Shown here: positions 1 through 15,140 of the stretch, piece by piece | Numbering within the stretch: the stretch's first letter is position 1 | Layout: every line of letters starts with the position of its first letter | DNA from: the human T2T-CHM13v2.0 reference genome, Homo sapiens | Length of the DNA stretch: 64,000 bases | Assembly: GCF_009914755.1 (NCBI RefSeq) | Contig: NC_060942.1 | Strand: one strand, 5' to 3' | Position numbers and translations under genes: made by a program | Notes under the pieces: generated by a model | What the model saw: the letters and a program-made list of their open reading frames with translations, nothing else | Told to the model about the DNA's origin: nothing | Databases searched by the model: none

Positions 1-78
1 AGACTGGATTGGAATTTAGAAATTATATAATCTAAGCTGCTTGTTCCTGTGATTAGAAAACTGAGGCCAGAGAGGAAC

Positions 79-507
79 AATATTAGTCCATTCTCACATT
101 GCTATAAAGAAATACCTGAAACTGGATGATTTGTGACGAAAAGAGGTTTAATTGGCTCACAGTTCCACAGGCTATAAGGAAGCATGATGCTGGCATCTGC
201 TCAGGTTTTGGGAGGCATCAGGAAACTTACAATCATGGTGCAAGGCGAAGGGGGAATATGAACATCACATAGCCAGAGTAGGAGCAAGGGGACAAGGGGG
301 AGGTGCTACACACTTTTAAATGATCAGATCTCATGAGAACTCACTCACTATTATTATTGCGAGGACAGTACCAAGTAGGATGCTGCTAAACCATTCATGT
401 GAAACTGCCCCCATGATTTAGTCACCTCACACCAGGCTCCACCTCTACCATTGGGGATTACAATCCAACATGAGATTTGGGCAGGGACACAGATCCAAAC
501 CATATCA
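79..507 (-). mobile_element. MaLR solo LTR, MSTA/MSTB-like
   Basis: TATTAGTCCATTCTCACATTGCTATAAAG...GGGACACAGATCCAAACCATATCA is the reverse of the MST LTR; 5-bp TSD GGAAC at 74-78 and 508-512. Confidence 0.9.
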
Positions 508-2643
508 GGAACAGACTGTCCATTGATTATTTTGTCTTAAAAGAACAGTGTTCAAGCTTCAAAGCATATGTTCATAGTTACATGCATTATGTTGCAATTT
601 AATACTGTATTTGCTACACATAGAGCAGATTTTCCCAGTGGAAGGAATAAAATGCTATTCTCTATTTAGCATGAAAGGTGACCCTTCTGAATTTCAGAGT
701 TTCTTTTCCCCTCTATCTGGGTATGAACTTTTTCTTTAAAATATAGACCCTAAAAGGTGTCAGAGAGCAAGCCTCTTCCTACTCTGCTCTGACTGCATGC
801 ACGTTGCACAACGCATGTATTCTCACACAGTCACAAATGTGTAGATCAACCTTACTTAGAGAATGAAACATTTGACTTGATTACTAACTGTTCACCCTGG
901 ACTATGATCTCATCACTCCAATAGGTCAAAAGTTAAGTATATCTGACCTATTTTGATAATGTACTCATAGTTAATTCTCAACCAGTAGGTTAAATGTCTT
1001 ACCCAGAAAATGCCAGCCTCCTGATCTGGAGGCCACTATAGCACACTAGTAAGCCCATCCCTTCTCTGTCATCAATTGTGGCACAAAACACTGTGCTGAG
1101 AGGAAGTTTCTATGGACGTTTGCAGATAGTAAGATAAAGAGAGATGAGATCTGGAATATGAAGAATAGAAGTTTTAAATGTTGAGGCTTTAAGAGGGAGA
1201 ATTAGGGCCAGTGAAAGTGGATCTCCGTAGCCTTTGTTGCTTCAGCATACACAGATCCGTAATTGTGTTATATTTGCTATAGTATTCATCCTGTTTTCCA
1301 CTGATGCACTTGGGTAGATTTTTAAGGTCAATGAGCTCTTGGATGTTGCTGCAATCACCACCCCTTCTCCCCCATCATTTCTTATTCCTTGACTTGGGGC
1401 TCCCTGGGTGTCTGCGGTTAAGTGCCTTAAGAGCTGCTGATTATTGTGATTTCCTTTAACCAGCTCGACAGATTCTCTGCTTTTCCATTTTTGATGTCAG
1501 CCCTAATGTGTTGGGCCAAACACGTTGGAACTTGTTAAGATTCTTCAAATAGCTTCTTTGTGCAGGAGAAATCACAACAGTGACAGGCCCTCTGCTCTAT
1601 CTCCCCGGAGCTTTTATGCATGTGCTATGCCCCCTACAGTCCCCATCACTCTGTCTCACAGGCGAACTGACATTCAGAGCCAGAACCCAACACCAACAAC
1701 ACTTATTATTTTTTAAAACTTCATTTCTCTCTATATTTCCCCTTATTCCGATTCAAATGCTGAGCATAATAAAGTTGCCAAAACTCTCCCTCCATTGGAG
1801 TGAAAACCATTCATTTGTTGTCTCAATTTAAGATTCCTGACTCCAAATAGAAGGATATTCTCTGTGGACATAATGGGACATTTAGCAATTCATTCATTTT
1901 CTTCACATGCTACTTATTTAGGCACTCAGCGGTTGGCAGCTTTGATGTGGAGTGGTGAAATTATAAAGACATTACGTATCATAAAAATATAAATGAAAGA
2001 AAACACAGACCCTCTTTTATATCAGGCTAAATTGACTGCTGTCATATTAAGGGTATTTTGTTTTATAAATTATACCCGTTTCAAGGTATTCCCTTGCGTG
2101 AATTACTACTTTGTCTTTTATTTCTTTTTTCTTTTTTCAACAAAACAGGCTTCCTTTTTTACAATACATTGAGGTAAAGAACTATAGGAGCTCAAATTTT
2201 AAAATTAATGTATTTGGTACCAAACTTGATCTGGAATTCACAATATGGGGCCAGCAAGTCAGTCAAGTCCTGCATGATTTGCCAAATCATGTGTTGGACA
2301 TAACAAAATGACTTTGGAATCAAATTAGATTTAGGGATTCCATTTTTCAACACTTGTTTTCTTGAAAAGGTTTCACAGGTATAGTGACTTCTTTAATATT
2401 TGCTCTACGAAGCTAAGAGTATTCTCCTAAACACATTAATAACCCTTCAATAATCCATTTTATGTCTGTCCACCATAAAAGTATTTAATCCTGTTCCCGG
2501 GCTTGCTCTCTGGACTTGCTGGGTAGGCATGGCCTTAGAGCAGATGGCAGCTCTAACGCAAAAGACAGAGTGGAGCTGCCTGCACCAGAATATCTCAGGA
2601 ACCAGAGGTGGGGTTGGCCTGTTTGTTGCAACGGGTGAGGGGT

Positions 2644-3014
2644 TGATATAGTTTGGCTGTGTCTCAACCCAAATCTCATCTTGAATTGTAATTCCCACAA
2701 TTCCCATGTGTCGTGGGAGGAACTCGGTGGTGAGAGATGATTGAATTATGGGAGCGGGTGTTTCCTGTGCTGTTTTGGTGATAGTGAATGGGTCTCATGA
2801 GATCTGATGGTTTTAAAAATGGGAGTTGCCCTGAACAAGCTCTCTTTGCCTGCTGCCAACCATGTAAGATGTGACTTGCTTCTCTTTGCCTTCTGCCAAG
2901 ATTGTGAGGCCTCCCCAGCCACGTGGAACTGTAAGTCAAATTAAACCTCTTTCTTTTGTAAATTGCCCAGTCTCAAGTCTGTCTTTATTAGCAGTGTGAA
3001 AACGAACTGATACA
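2644..3014 (+). mobile_element. THE1 solo LTR (THE1B/C-like, MaLR)
   Basis: TGATATAGTTTGGCTGTGTC...CAAATCTCATCTTGAATTGTA...GAACTGATACA; near-TSD GGGGT/GGAGT. Confidence 0.92.
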
Positions 3015-4347
3015 GGAGTCTTGTTTATTATTGCTGGAAGGATATGAGCCATGTAGCCCCAGGAAGAGCTAGGCTGAAGGAGGGGCTAGATGAGGTTGTG
3101 AGGTCATGAAAGTCAAAGAAAAGAAGAGAAAAATCAAAGCAAGAGATATACTTGAGAGAGCCCATGTCAGAAGAAACAATAGGAACTGGAGTCAGGCCAG
3201 GGCCAGCAGAAGTTAAAAGTAGAGACAGTGAGATTAGTTGGGAATGACCTGAGATAAAATAAGGTATAGGATTTTCCCATGGTCTATTATTTTTAAATGT
3301 TAGAAACTCCCCTTCCTTATGATTAGACATTTCTGTCTAGAGTTGGCTGTTTTTATTAGCCAAGAATAGATATTTAGAAAGAAGACTTACTGGGTCAAAT
3401 GATTTGACTTAACACTATTTTGTTTGGTCTCCAAGAAAAGCTTGTTCTTACTAGGGACACAATATTCAGTAAAAGATACATGTTGCCCCACTGCATCATT
3501 TACTTGCTCCCTTTCTTCTTGTTTTTTCTCTCTTTTTTTTAAAAATTATACTTTAAGTTCTGGGATACATGTGCAGAATGTGCAGGTTTGTTACATAGGT
3601 ATACATGTGCCATTGTGGTTTGCTGCAACCATCAACCTGTCATCTACATTAGGTATTTCTCCTAATGCTATCCTTCCCCTTGTCCCCCATCCCCCAACAG
3701 ACCCCAGTGTGTGATGTTCCCCCCACTATGCCCATATGTTCTCATTGTTCAACTCCCACTTATGAATGAGAACATGCAGTGTCTGGATTTCTGTTCCTGT
3801 ATTAGTTTGCTGAGAATGATGGTTTCCAGTTTCATCCATGTCCCTGCAAAGGACATGAACTCATTCTTTTTTATGGCTGCATAGTATTCCATGTGTATAT
3901 GTGCCACGCTTTCTTCATGCAGGCTAACATTGATGGGCATTTGGGTTGTTTCCAAGTCTTTGCTATTGTGAATAGTGCTGCAATAAATGTACATGTGAAT
4001 GTGTCTTTATAGTAGAATGATTTATAATCCTTTGGGTATATATCCAGTAATGGGATTGCTGGGTCAAATGGTATTTCTAGTTCTAGATCCTTGAGAAATT
4101 GCCACACTGTCTTCCACAATGGTTGAACTAATTTATACTCCCACCAACAGTGTAAAAGTGTTCCTATTTCTCCACATCCTCTCCAGCATCTGTTGTTTCC
4201 TGACTTTTTAATGATCACCATTCTAACTGGTGTGAGACAGTATCTCACTGTGGTTTTGATTTGCATTTCTCTAATGACCAGTGATGATAAGCTTTTCTTC
4301 ATATGTTTGTTGGCTGCATAAATGTCTTCTTTTGAAAAGTGTCTGTT

Positions 4348-6170
<1,823 letters not shown>

Positions 6171-6561
6171 GAAAAGTGTCTGTTCATATTCTTCACCCAC
6201 TTTTTAATGGGGTTGTGTTTTTCCTGTAAATTTAAGTTCCTTGTAGATTCTGGATATTAGCCCTTTGTCAGATGGATATATCGCAAAAATTTTCTCCCAT
6301 TCTGTAGGTTGCCTGTTCACTCTGATGATAGTTTCTTTTGCTGTGCAGAAACTCTTTAGTTTAATTAGATCCCAGTTGTCAATTTTGGCCTTTGTTTGCC
6401 ATTGCTTTTGGTGTTTTAGTCATGAAGTCTTTTCCCATGCCTATGTCCTGAATGGTATTGTCTAGGTTTTCTAGGGTTTTTATGCTTTTAGGTCTTACGT
6501 TTAAGTCTTTAATCCATCTTGAGCTAATTTTTATATAAGGTGTAAGGAAGGGGTCCAGTTT

Positions 6562-6613
6562 CAGTTTTCTGCATATGGCTAGCCAGTTTTCTGCATATGG
6601 CTAGCCAGTTTTC
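6562..6613. repeat. 22-bp tandem duplication inside host L1
   Basis: CAGTTTTCTGCATATGGCTAGC x2 followed by CAGTTTTC. Confidence 0.95.
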
Positions 6614-7351
6614 CCAACACCATTTATTAAATACGGAATCCTTTCCCCATTGCTTGTTTTTGTCAGGTTTGCCAAAGATCAAATGGTTGTAGATGTGTGG
6701 TGTTATTTCTGAGGACTCTGTTCTGTTCCATTGGTCTATATCTCTGTTTTGGTACCAGTACCATGCTGTTTTGGTTACTGTAGCCTTGTAACATAGTGTG
6801 AAGTCAGGTGGCATGATGCCTCCAGCTTTGTTCTTTTTGCTTAGGATTGTCTTGGCTATATGGGCTCTTTTTTGGTTCCATATGAAAATTAAAGTAGTTT
6901 TTTCTAATTCTGTGAAGAAAATCAATGGTAACTTGATGGGAATAACATTAAATCTATAAATTATTTTGGACAGTATGGCCATTTTCACAACGTTTATTCT
7001 TCCTATCCATGAGCATGGAATGTTTTTCCATTTGTTTGTGTCCTCTCTTATTTCCTTGAGCAGTGGTTTATAGTTCTCCTTGAAGAGGTCCTTCACATCT
7101 CTTGTAAGTTGTATTCCTAGGTATTTTATTCTCTTTGTAGCAATTGTGAGAGGGAGTTTGCTCATGTTTGTCTCTCTGTTTGTCTATTATTGGTGTATAG
7201 GAATGCTTGTGATTTTTGCACATTGATTTTGTATCCTGAGACTTTGCTGAAGTTGCTTATCAGCCTAAGGAGTTTTGGGGATGAAACGATGGAGTTTTCT
7301 AAATATACAATCATGTCATCTGCAAACAGAGATAATTTGACTTCCTTTTTT

Positions 7352-8488
7352 ACTAAAATTGACACCCTAACATCACAACTAAAAAAACTAGAGAAGCAAG
7401 AGCAAACAAATCCAAAAGTTAGCAGAATACAAGAAATAACTAAGATCAGAGCAGACCTGAAGGAGATAGAGACACGAAAAACCCTTCAAAAAAATCAATA
7501 AATCCAGGAGCTGGTTCTTTGAGAAGATTAACAAAATAGATAGACTGCTAGCCAGACTAACAAAGAAGAAAAGAGAGAAGAATCAAATAGACACAATAAA
7601 AAATGATAAAGGGGAGATCGCCACTGATCCCATAGAAATACAAACTACCATCAGAGAATACTATAAACACCTCTATGCAAATAAACTAGGAAATCTAGAA
7701 GAAATGGATAAATTCCTGGATGTATTCACCCTCTCAAGACTAATCCAGGAAGAAGTCAAATCCTCGAATAGACCAATAACAAGTTCTGCATTTGAGGCAG
7801 TAATTCATAGTCTACCAACCAAAAAAAGCCCAGGACCAGATGGATTCATAGCCAAATTCTACCAGAGGTACAAAGAGGAGCTGGTACCATTCCTTCTGAA
7901 ACTATTCCAAACAATAGAAAAACAGGGACTCCTCCCTAATTCATTTTATGAGGCCAGCATCACCCTGATACCAAAACCTGGTAGAGACACAACAAAAAAA
8001 GAAAATTACAGGCCAATATCCCTGATGAACATCCATGTGAAAATCCTCAATAAAATACTGGCACACTGAATCCAGCAGCACATCAAAAAGCTTATCCACC
8101 ACGATCAAGTCAGTTTCATCCCTGGGATGCAAGGCAGGTTCAACATATGCAAATCAATAAACATAATCCATCACATAAACAGAACCAATGACAAAAACCA
8201 CAAGATTATTTTTATATACTTTATAGATCCCGACAAGGCCTTTGATAAAATTCAACACCCCTTCAGGCTAAATCACTCAATAAACTAGGTATTGGTGGAA
8301 TGCATCTCAAAATAATAAGAGCTATTTATGACAAAGCCACAGCTAATATACTGAACGGCAAAAGCTGGAAGCATTTCCTTTGAAAACCGGCACAAGACAA
8401 GGATGACCTCTCTCACCAGTCCTATTCAACATAGTATTGGAAATTCTGGCCAGGGCTATTAGGCAAGAGATAGAAATAAAGGATACTC
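7352..8488 (+). pseudogene. L1 ORF2p linker/Z-region/RT N-terminal remnant (inverted part of host L1)
   Basis: ORF 7704-8069 …KKSPGPDGF…[22 protein letters not shown]…; stops and frameshifts present. Confidence 0.88.
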
Positions 8489-8835
8489 CCTCCCTTTCTA
8501 ATGGATCACTGCATTTGTTCCAAGCTCAGAGGAAAACCTCCCTGGCCCCTTGGTGATTTGAGCTGAGATTCTCTTGGTGTTCTTTAACATGTGCCTTGGG
8601 GTTTAGGGATGGATTATGATGAGGGAGCTTCTACCAGTTAGTGACAGACTCTCAGCCAGTACCCTGACTACCATCTCTCAGCCTGAGTTCTCTCCCCTGT
8701 ACCATACTGCCTTTGGCTTAGAGGGAGGATGATGGTGCCTTAGCCACCCTTGCTCCTCTCAAGTTGCTCCCTCCTGCCTTGTTAGAACTTATCTAGTAAC
8801 TGTGACAATGATTTGCAAATTATAGTGTAATAAAT

Positions 8836-8995
8836 TCTTAATCCAGTTTTATTTTAACATCTTCATTAATTATGTGGAAGAGGGAGACAACCACCTGCTA
8901 ATTAAATTTTCAGATGTTGCTAAATTGGGAGGAGTAGCAAACCCAGCAGAGAGCCAAAATGCAATATAAAGGAATCTGGAGAAGTTATGAGGATA
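8836..8995 (+). mobile_element. CR1/L3 LINE reverse-transcriptase fossil
   Basis: Manual translation from 8853 gives FNIFINYVEEGDNHLLIKFSDVAKLGGVANP…, matching the CR1 RT motif FNIFINDL…KFADDTKLGG. Confidence 0.8.
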
Positions 8996-9284
8996 TGCGT
9001 GTAGGAAGAGGGTGTGGCTAAGATTGGAAATGATGACATCAGGGCCATCTAGAAAGGTGAAATAGCAGCTCTAAAATCTTAGGGGCTGGGAGCAGCCGGA
9101 GGGAATGGGTCAGTCATGGACTATGATAGAGTGATAACAGGAGGTTCTGGGTGGGCAGAGTGACAGATTTCCATTTTTTCTACCTGGAATGGAGCCCTGC
9201 CCTTTCTCTGGTATCTGTGCCTGATGGTTTAGTCACAAAGATCGGTGAAAGCCAAGGGAGAGACAGCACTAGCCACTCAGTGGT

Positions 9285-9372
9285 GTGCAAAGCCTTGCTT
9301 ATTGCATCCCCCACAGTACCTAGACCCTGGCTGGGCACACAGCAGATGATAAAGATTGAATTAACTAATGTG
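9285..9372 (+). mobile_element. L2 3' end fragment
   Basis: …CCCCCACAGTACCTAGACCCTGGCTGGGCACACAGCAG… resembles the L2 3' terminus. Confidence 0.55.
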
Positions 9373-10189
9373 TGTGAAAATAGTTTAGAAAGAAAAAGCA
9401 CTATGAGAAGAGAAAGAAGTTTTTTATACTAATGATAATTATTATCAATCTTTGTTATGATAAATTTAATTGAAGTTGATTGGCAGGAACATGGCATATG
9501 TGGGCAAAGGTAATAGAGGAGAAACAACAGGCAAAGTGATTAACATGGGTTTTGCCTCCTAAATGTACTTGCTCCATTTCTTGGGAATTAACTTGTTGCT
9601 TGGATGCCGTGGTCCTTCAGTGACTGATCTGTGTCCTAGAAGTGAAACACCTTTGATGGCTTTATCAACTCTCTCAGGACAGGTTATATGGGAAATTCAG
9701 TGAGGAGACATGGCTACAGTGGCCAGGGTAGTGCATTTGAGCACTGTAAACATCACCACCAGGAAAATGGAGTAAACTTTCTTCTAGAATTACTAACTGA
9801 CTCCCTTACCCTTCATGGTCTTCTTCCAGCTTCTGTCACATTGACCTTTGGTCAACTTCCCATTGTGGGTACATCATCTCACCACACCTAACTGTGTGGT
9901 TCAAGCCAGATGGTTGTGTATTCCTGCTCTCAGCCCTAAGTATCACCACACATGCTGCTGTAAACCCTGCTTAGTTTCCTTTCAACTATATCCCATTGGC
10001 CACAAAGGATGCCAAATGAAAGACTCCAGAAAGATAAGTATCCAGTGCACACCCATCCCCAGAGCTGGATAAAAACCCCAAAGGTGATACTTGACCTGCT
10101 AAAAAGGAAGAGGCAATTTCATCACACATGAAAACCAGCAGCATCATTAAGACTTTCTCTTTCTACAGCAGAGTTTTATCTATTTACTC

Positions 10190-10300
10190 CTCTCCACTAG
10201 ATTTTGAGAGGCCATAGAATATGACTTTTCTTTTCTTGTCTCTTCTACAATGCCTAGCAAGGGGTGAACACAAAGCAGGCACCCAGCAACTGATGGATAA
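10190..10300 (+). mobile_element. L2 3' end fragment
   Basis: CCACTAGATTTTGAG…AATGCCTAGCA…GCAGGCACCCAG resembles the L2 3' terminus. Confidence 0.55.
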
Positions 10301-11434
10301 CATTTGAGAGAATTGCCACTTCTCTCCACATCCCTTCTTCCTCCCACTTAGAAAAACAGGTGCACATGGGTTGTCTTTCTCAACTCTGTAAAAGAAAAAG
10401 AAGGCTGTGGGTCAGGTCGATATGATGCACTTTTTAGTCCAGTAAAAGTCAGGTAGCTTTTCCACCAAAAATTATCAGATGGCTCTGAAGAGAAAGCATT
10501 GGCTTCTGTCACCTCCTGGCTGCTACCTGGTGAGTCAGGGAGTAGAAGGAGTAAAAATAGCCAGCCAGTAAGTTTCAGATTATATGGGAAGAGGCTAATT
10601 GGTCTTTCACCTTATTTTCCTTGTCATTCCTTCAGGGATCAGGTTAAGCCTCTGTCTATATTTCACTGGGAAGTCATCGGGATTAAGCTGTGCCTTTCTG
10701 TCTGTCATACTGACAGCACCTGCAACGTGGACTCGATTTTGATAAGCCCCTCCACTCGTCATGCAACTCCTTTTAGTCAAAACAGGTATATAATTTATGG
10801 TGCCCAAAGCACTTGTTAGTATAGAAGAATTAACTAGGAGGGAGGCATGTGCACCAAGACAGCCACTCAATTGTTAAGTGCTTATTCCTTCCTGCTGTGA
10901 GGATTTTTTTTTCCCTTTGAAATAACTAAGCAAGGGGATAGACACATTTGTCATTCAGATATTGTGTCTTTTCTTTTGGAAAGGAAAAACTAAAAAAAAA
11001 AAAAAATTGCGACAAAAAACCCAGAAAACAAAAACAAAAACAACCTCAAATGAGCTCCTTAAATTCAATGTCTGGGTCTCTTTGGTAGAATAAACCCTGG
11101 AGAGGACCAGGATTTGGCAGTGAAGCAGGGGGGTCAGCCCTTAGGGGATGCTTGTGGAGTGAGTGGGGGACAAGGGTGAGTGACTGAGTGATGAGGGTGG
11201 TACTGGATTTTGAGGCAGCAGATGGGGGAGGCCCAGCAGGGGTCCAGGATGGTAAGGGCTGTCAGGACAAGTAATGGGACTCTTTCTCTGGAAGTTTCAG
11301 GCCAAGATGGAATGAAGAGTCTGAAGCAGCCTCTGTGAGACATCAGGATAGGCATCGATGGGGTTTGCTATTTCCATGGATGCTCAGACTCTAAGGTTCT
11401 ACAGGTTGAAATTGCATGTCCTAACTGACTCAGG

Positions 11435-11891
11435 TGTCATGGCTTGAATTGTGTTCCCCAAAGATGATGTGTTGAAGTCCTGACTCCCTGTTTCTCAGAA
11501 TGTGAGCTTGTTTGGAGAGAGGGTCTTTACAGAGGTAATCAAATTAAGGTGAAGTCCTTAGGGTGGGCTCTAAACCAATATGACTGGTGTCCTTATAAAT
11601 AAGGAAACATCAACCACAAAGACATGCACATGGGGAGAATGCCATGTGAGATAAAGGCAGAGATCAGGATAATGAATCTATAAACCAAGGAGTGCCAAAG
11701 ACGGCCAGCAAGCTGCCAGAAGTTAGGGGAGAGGCCCGAAACAGATTATTTCTCACAGTCCTCAGGAGGAAACACCCCTCCAACACCTTGATCTCAGCCT
11801 TCTGGCCTCCAGACTGTGAGACAATAGCTTCTGTGGTTTCAGCTACTTAGTTTGTATCCCTTTGTTAGTGCAAGCCTAGAGAGCTAATACC
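11435..11891 (+). mobile_element. MLT1C-like solo LTR (MaLR)
   Basis: TGTCATGGCTTGAATTGTGTTCCCCAAA…GAGGTAATCAAATTAAG…CTTCTGGCCTCCAGACTGTGAGACAATA…CTAATAC; TSD TCAGG/CCAGG. Confidence 0.88.
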
Positions 11892-12655
11892 CCAGGAGGC
11901 TCCTCTAGTCAAGCAATGATAAACCTCTTCTCTCCTGGAGTCCTAGTTCCCAACTAGGAATATGGATTTCTTCACCTAAACACACATCTCTAGTGTTTAT
12001 CTGAGAGGAGAATCAGTGGGATTCAGATATGTTCTTTAAGGTTCAGGAGAGGTTAGATAATTTAGTCAAAATCCAATAGTAAATAAATGGTGATGGTATG
12101 GCTAGCATTCAGACCTCCTCTTTGAGTTTTCTGTGCAAAGCACATTGTTCAGTGGCAAGGTCAGGACAGGTAGTAGGCTGTTAGGGAAGTTTCTCTAGGG
12201 CTCAAAATTTATCCTTCCAACCCTTCGTCCTGAGATGCCTTTCACAGTAAGTTTGGTCTTCTCTCTGCAAGCCCTGTACTCATCTGCTTTCTCTTTGATC
12301 TCAAGGCAAGGGTAATTCCTCTGTATGACAACAAATCATTTGTCTAACTTCCTCAGGGATGAAGCTGCCTACATAAGCCAATGTTCCAGATTCCTGATAC
12401 TTATTCTTAAATTTGCTATTCTAATATTCAAATTTTAACAAATTCAAATGGATTATGTCTAAAATATATCATACAGGCTTAGGCAGGGTATTCCTATTTC
12501 CTTAAGCAGCATTTAAGCCATCACAATGGCTTAAGATCATTGTTATTAATATCAGTACACTCTGCTGTAACACACAGTTTCTCACTGTTTTTCCTGCCGC
12601 AAGCAAGATCTAAATTGCTATGCTCCATGAGGTTTTAGTTCAGAGCAAGGGACAG

Positions 12656-13131
12656 TGTTTTGATTATCCATTGTGACATAATGAACTACCCCCAAACTTA
12701 GTGGCTTAAAGACAGTTTGTTATTTCTCCCAATTTTGTAAGTCAGGAGTTCAGGCAGAGTTCAACTGGGGAGATCGTTAGCACCATGTGGCGCCAGCTGG
12801 GCTCATTCATGCAGTTGCTTTCAGCTGAGAGCTTGACTGTGGTTGGGGTGTCTGGGATGGCCTATCACCTTCCAGGGCCTCTCTTTCTACAATTTCTTAT
12901 AGAGTGCTGGCTAGGCTTTAAGAGTGAGGGAGCAGAGGCTGGCCATCCTCAGAAGTCCTCTGGGCTCAAGAATGCTAGCATAACATTTCTGTCACGTTCT
13001 ATTGGTCAAAGCAATTCCCAAGGTCACTACAAATTTAAGGAGAAGGAGAGTAGTCCCCACTTTTTGATATGAGAAGTGGCATGCTTTACAGGGAACGAAG
13101 GATTTCTGGCAGCCATATTTGGACACTGCCA
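12656..13131 (-). mobile_element. Older MLT1 LTR (MLT1G/H-like)
   Basis: AACTACCCCCAAACTTAGTGGCTTAAA and TTCTATTGGTCAAAGCAA motifs. Confidence 0.75.
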
Positions 13132-13376
13132 TGGTAGTGATTTAATGGCATTGAGGGCATAAGAACCAGAAATCTGTCTTAGCAAATCACCTCTATGTAC
13201 CCTTCTTCCTCCACTGTGGTGACTAAAATTACTAAATGTGAAGACAAAGAACAGTGGCTCTCAGAGTTCTAGGTTTTAACAGCTCTACGGACAACTCTGA
13301 CAGAGGTCTTTGGGGCCTGAAACTCAGGCTTGTGGCCTAAGTCAGATCTTCTACCTTTCTCTTTGGCCTGCATTTA

Positions 13377-13420
13377 TTAGGATGGTGCAAAAGTAATTGC
13401 AGGTTTTTGCACCAACCTAA
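13377..13420. mobile_element. MADE1 mariner MITE, internally deleted (44 bp)
   Basis: TTAGGATGGTGCAAAAGTAATTGCAGGTTTTTGCACCAACCTAA flanked by TA on both sides. Confidence 0.9.
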
Positions 13421-13909
13421 TAAAGCTTCATAGAGGAAGTAAGTTGAAATAAGAGACAGATGCTTATTACCCACCCAAATGACAAGAACTAGAAAGTAGA
13501 AAATAAAAAATAATAAAAAAAATAACCAAAATAACCAAAAACGAACTTCAAAGTCTCCCTTGTTGGCAGGACAAGAAAAGAGCTGGAAGAGGCCTGGGGA
13601 GGACACAAGTGTCTCCTTAACACTCTTATTTTCCCTTCGCATCCCTTTTGTAGGGAGTCATCATTGTCACTTCTTTGTGTGATTGGCATGTCTGTTCTTA
13701 GTTAAATCTTGCACATGCTTTTCATTTATGGTAAATTTATTATGGAAAATTGGGAAATGACTTTTTATAATGTACCTAAAGTATGGTAAACTCTAAGTAA
13801 GAAAAGACACAAATTTCCATGAGAAGGCATGTAATAACTGAACATTTAGATATTTGTTTTGGGTAATGAGGCTATTTTAGTGTCTTCCTAGGCTCTCAGG
13901 CATGTTCTA

Positions 13910-14040
13910 GATCAGTGTTTCTCACCTTACCTTCATCCTTGGAATCACTAGGAGAGCTTTTGGAAAACGTATACTCCCAGGTATGCATTATCCCACATTA
14001 GATTTCAGGGTATTTGGTGGGGGGACAGGGCTAGCATTTG
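13910..14040. mobile_element. MER5-like hAT-Charlie MITE fragment
   Basis: CAGTGTTTCTCA…GGAATCACTAGGAGAGCTTTTGGAAAA. Confidence 0.6.
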
Positions 14041-14201
14041 GAGAAAGAGAGAAACTGAGAAAAGAAAGGAAAGAGAGAGAAAGCAAGCAAGTAAAAGGAA
14101 AGTGAGGAAGTAGAGAAGGATGAACAGAAGAGGAATGGAAAGAAAAAAGAGTGATTTTATTATAAGGAGGGGAGGAAGGAAGGAAGAAGGAGAGAGAGAG
14201 A
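14041..14201. repeat. Purine-rich (GA) low-complexity tract
   Basis: AG/AAG/AAGG-rich run. Confidence 0.8.
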
Positions 14202-15009
14202 GTGATTTTATCCTGACAACACCGAGGAAACAATATCTTAGGCTACATTTCAGAAAATGGAGAATGAAATAGCTAAAGTTTTGATCGAGCAACGTTTTCA
14301 AGGAAGGATCAGATTTAAGTTTTTAGCAGTGAGAGAAGTGTATAAGGAGGCAGTCTATACCTAATTTTTCACATTATTCTTAAGGAAAGGTACTGAATTG
14401 AGAGTGAGGCATATGTAGGCAGAACTGTGATATGATTGGCTTGTAAGTAGCCACAAGCACCTACCCAAGAGGAAAGGAAGAAAAGGTCTGGCCAAAAGAA
14501 TGGGATAATTACGGAGGCCTGCTGCCTATCAAAACAATGTGTTGAAGCTGTGTTGGGAGGCAGGCGGTTCCTCCGAACAGGCTCTTGTGCTCCATGAACA
14601 ACTGAGGTTGGCAATTTTGGTGCCAATTCCCTTTTGGCAATAACAAAACCAATCTCACTCTCCTCCTGATGGTCGTTACAGCTGAAGTTGTTGGCATGGT
14701 GGTTCACAGGAGCAGTTTTACTCTTTTTTTTATTTTTATATTTTTTGGAGCATTTCTTAATGGCTAGGCTTCATATGAGCAGCTGGGTCATGGTGAGGAC
14801 ATAGATTTCCAAGCCTAAATTCTGTAGCTGATGGAATGTTGGAAATCAATTTCTTGGCTAGTAATATTCAGCTGTCAGAGTAGAAGGCTGTGTTTGTGAG
14901 AGAAGTTTAGAAGAAGGGAGGAGTATAGAGAGGGGAGCTTTGGACTTGTTATCAGTTGATGATTGCCATGACCCATGAATGCAGAGAATGTTAGAGAGAA
15001 GGTACCTCA

Positions 15010-15140
15010 GAAATTACAGATGAAGAAACTGAGGACAAGACAGTAGTAATTTTTTTTCCCAAGGATCTCAGAGAGACTTCACAATGAATTAGAATTAGAC
15101 CTCAATACCACTATCCGTTAGCCCAGAACTTTTTTCTCTG
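15010..15140 (-). mobile_element. MIR fragment
   Basis: TTACAGATGAAGAAACTGAGG…TTCCCAAGG core. Confidence 0.65.
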
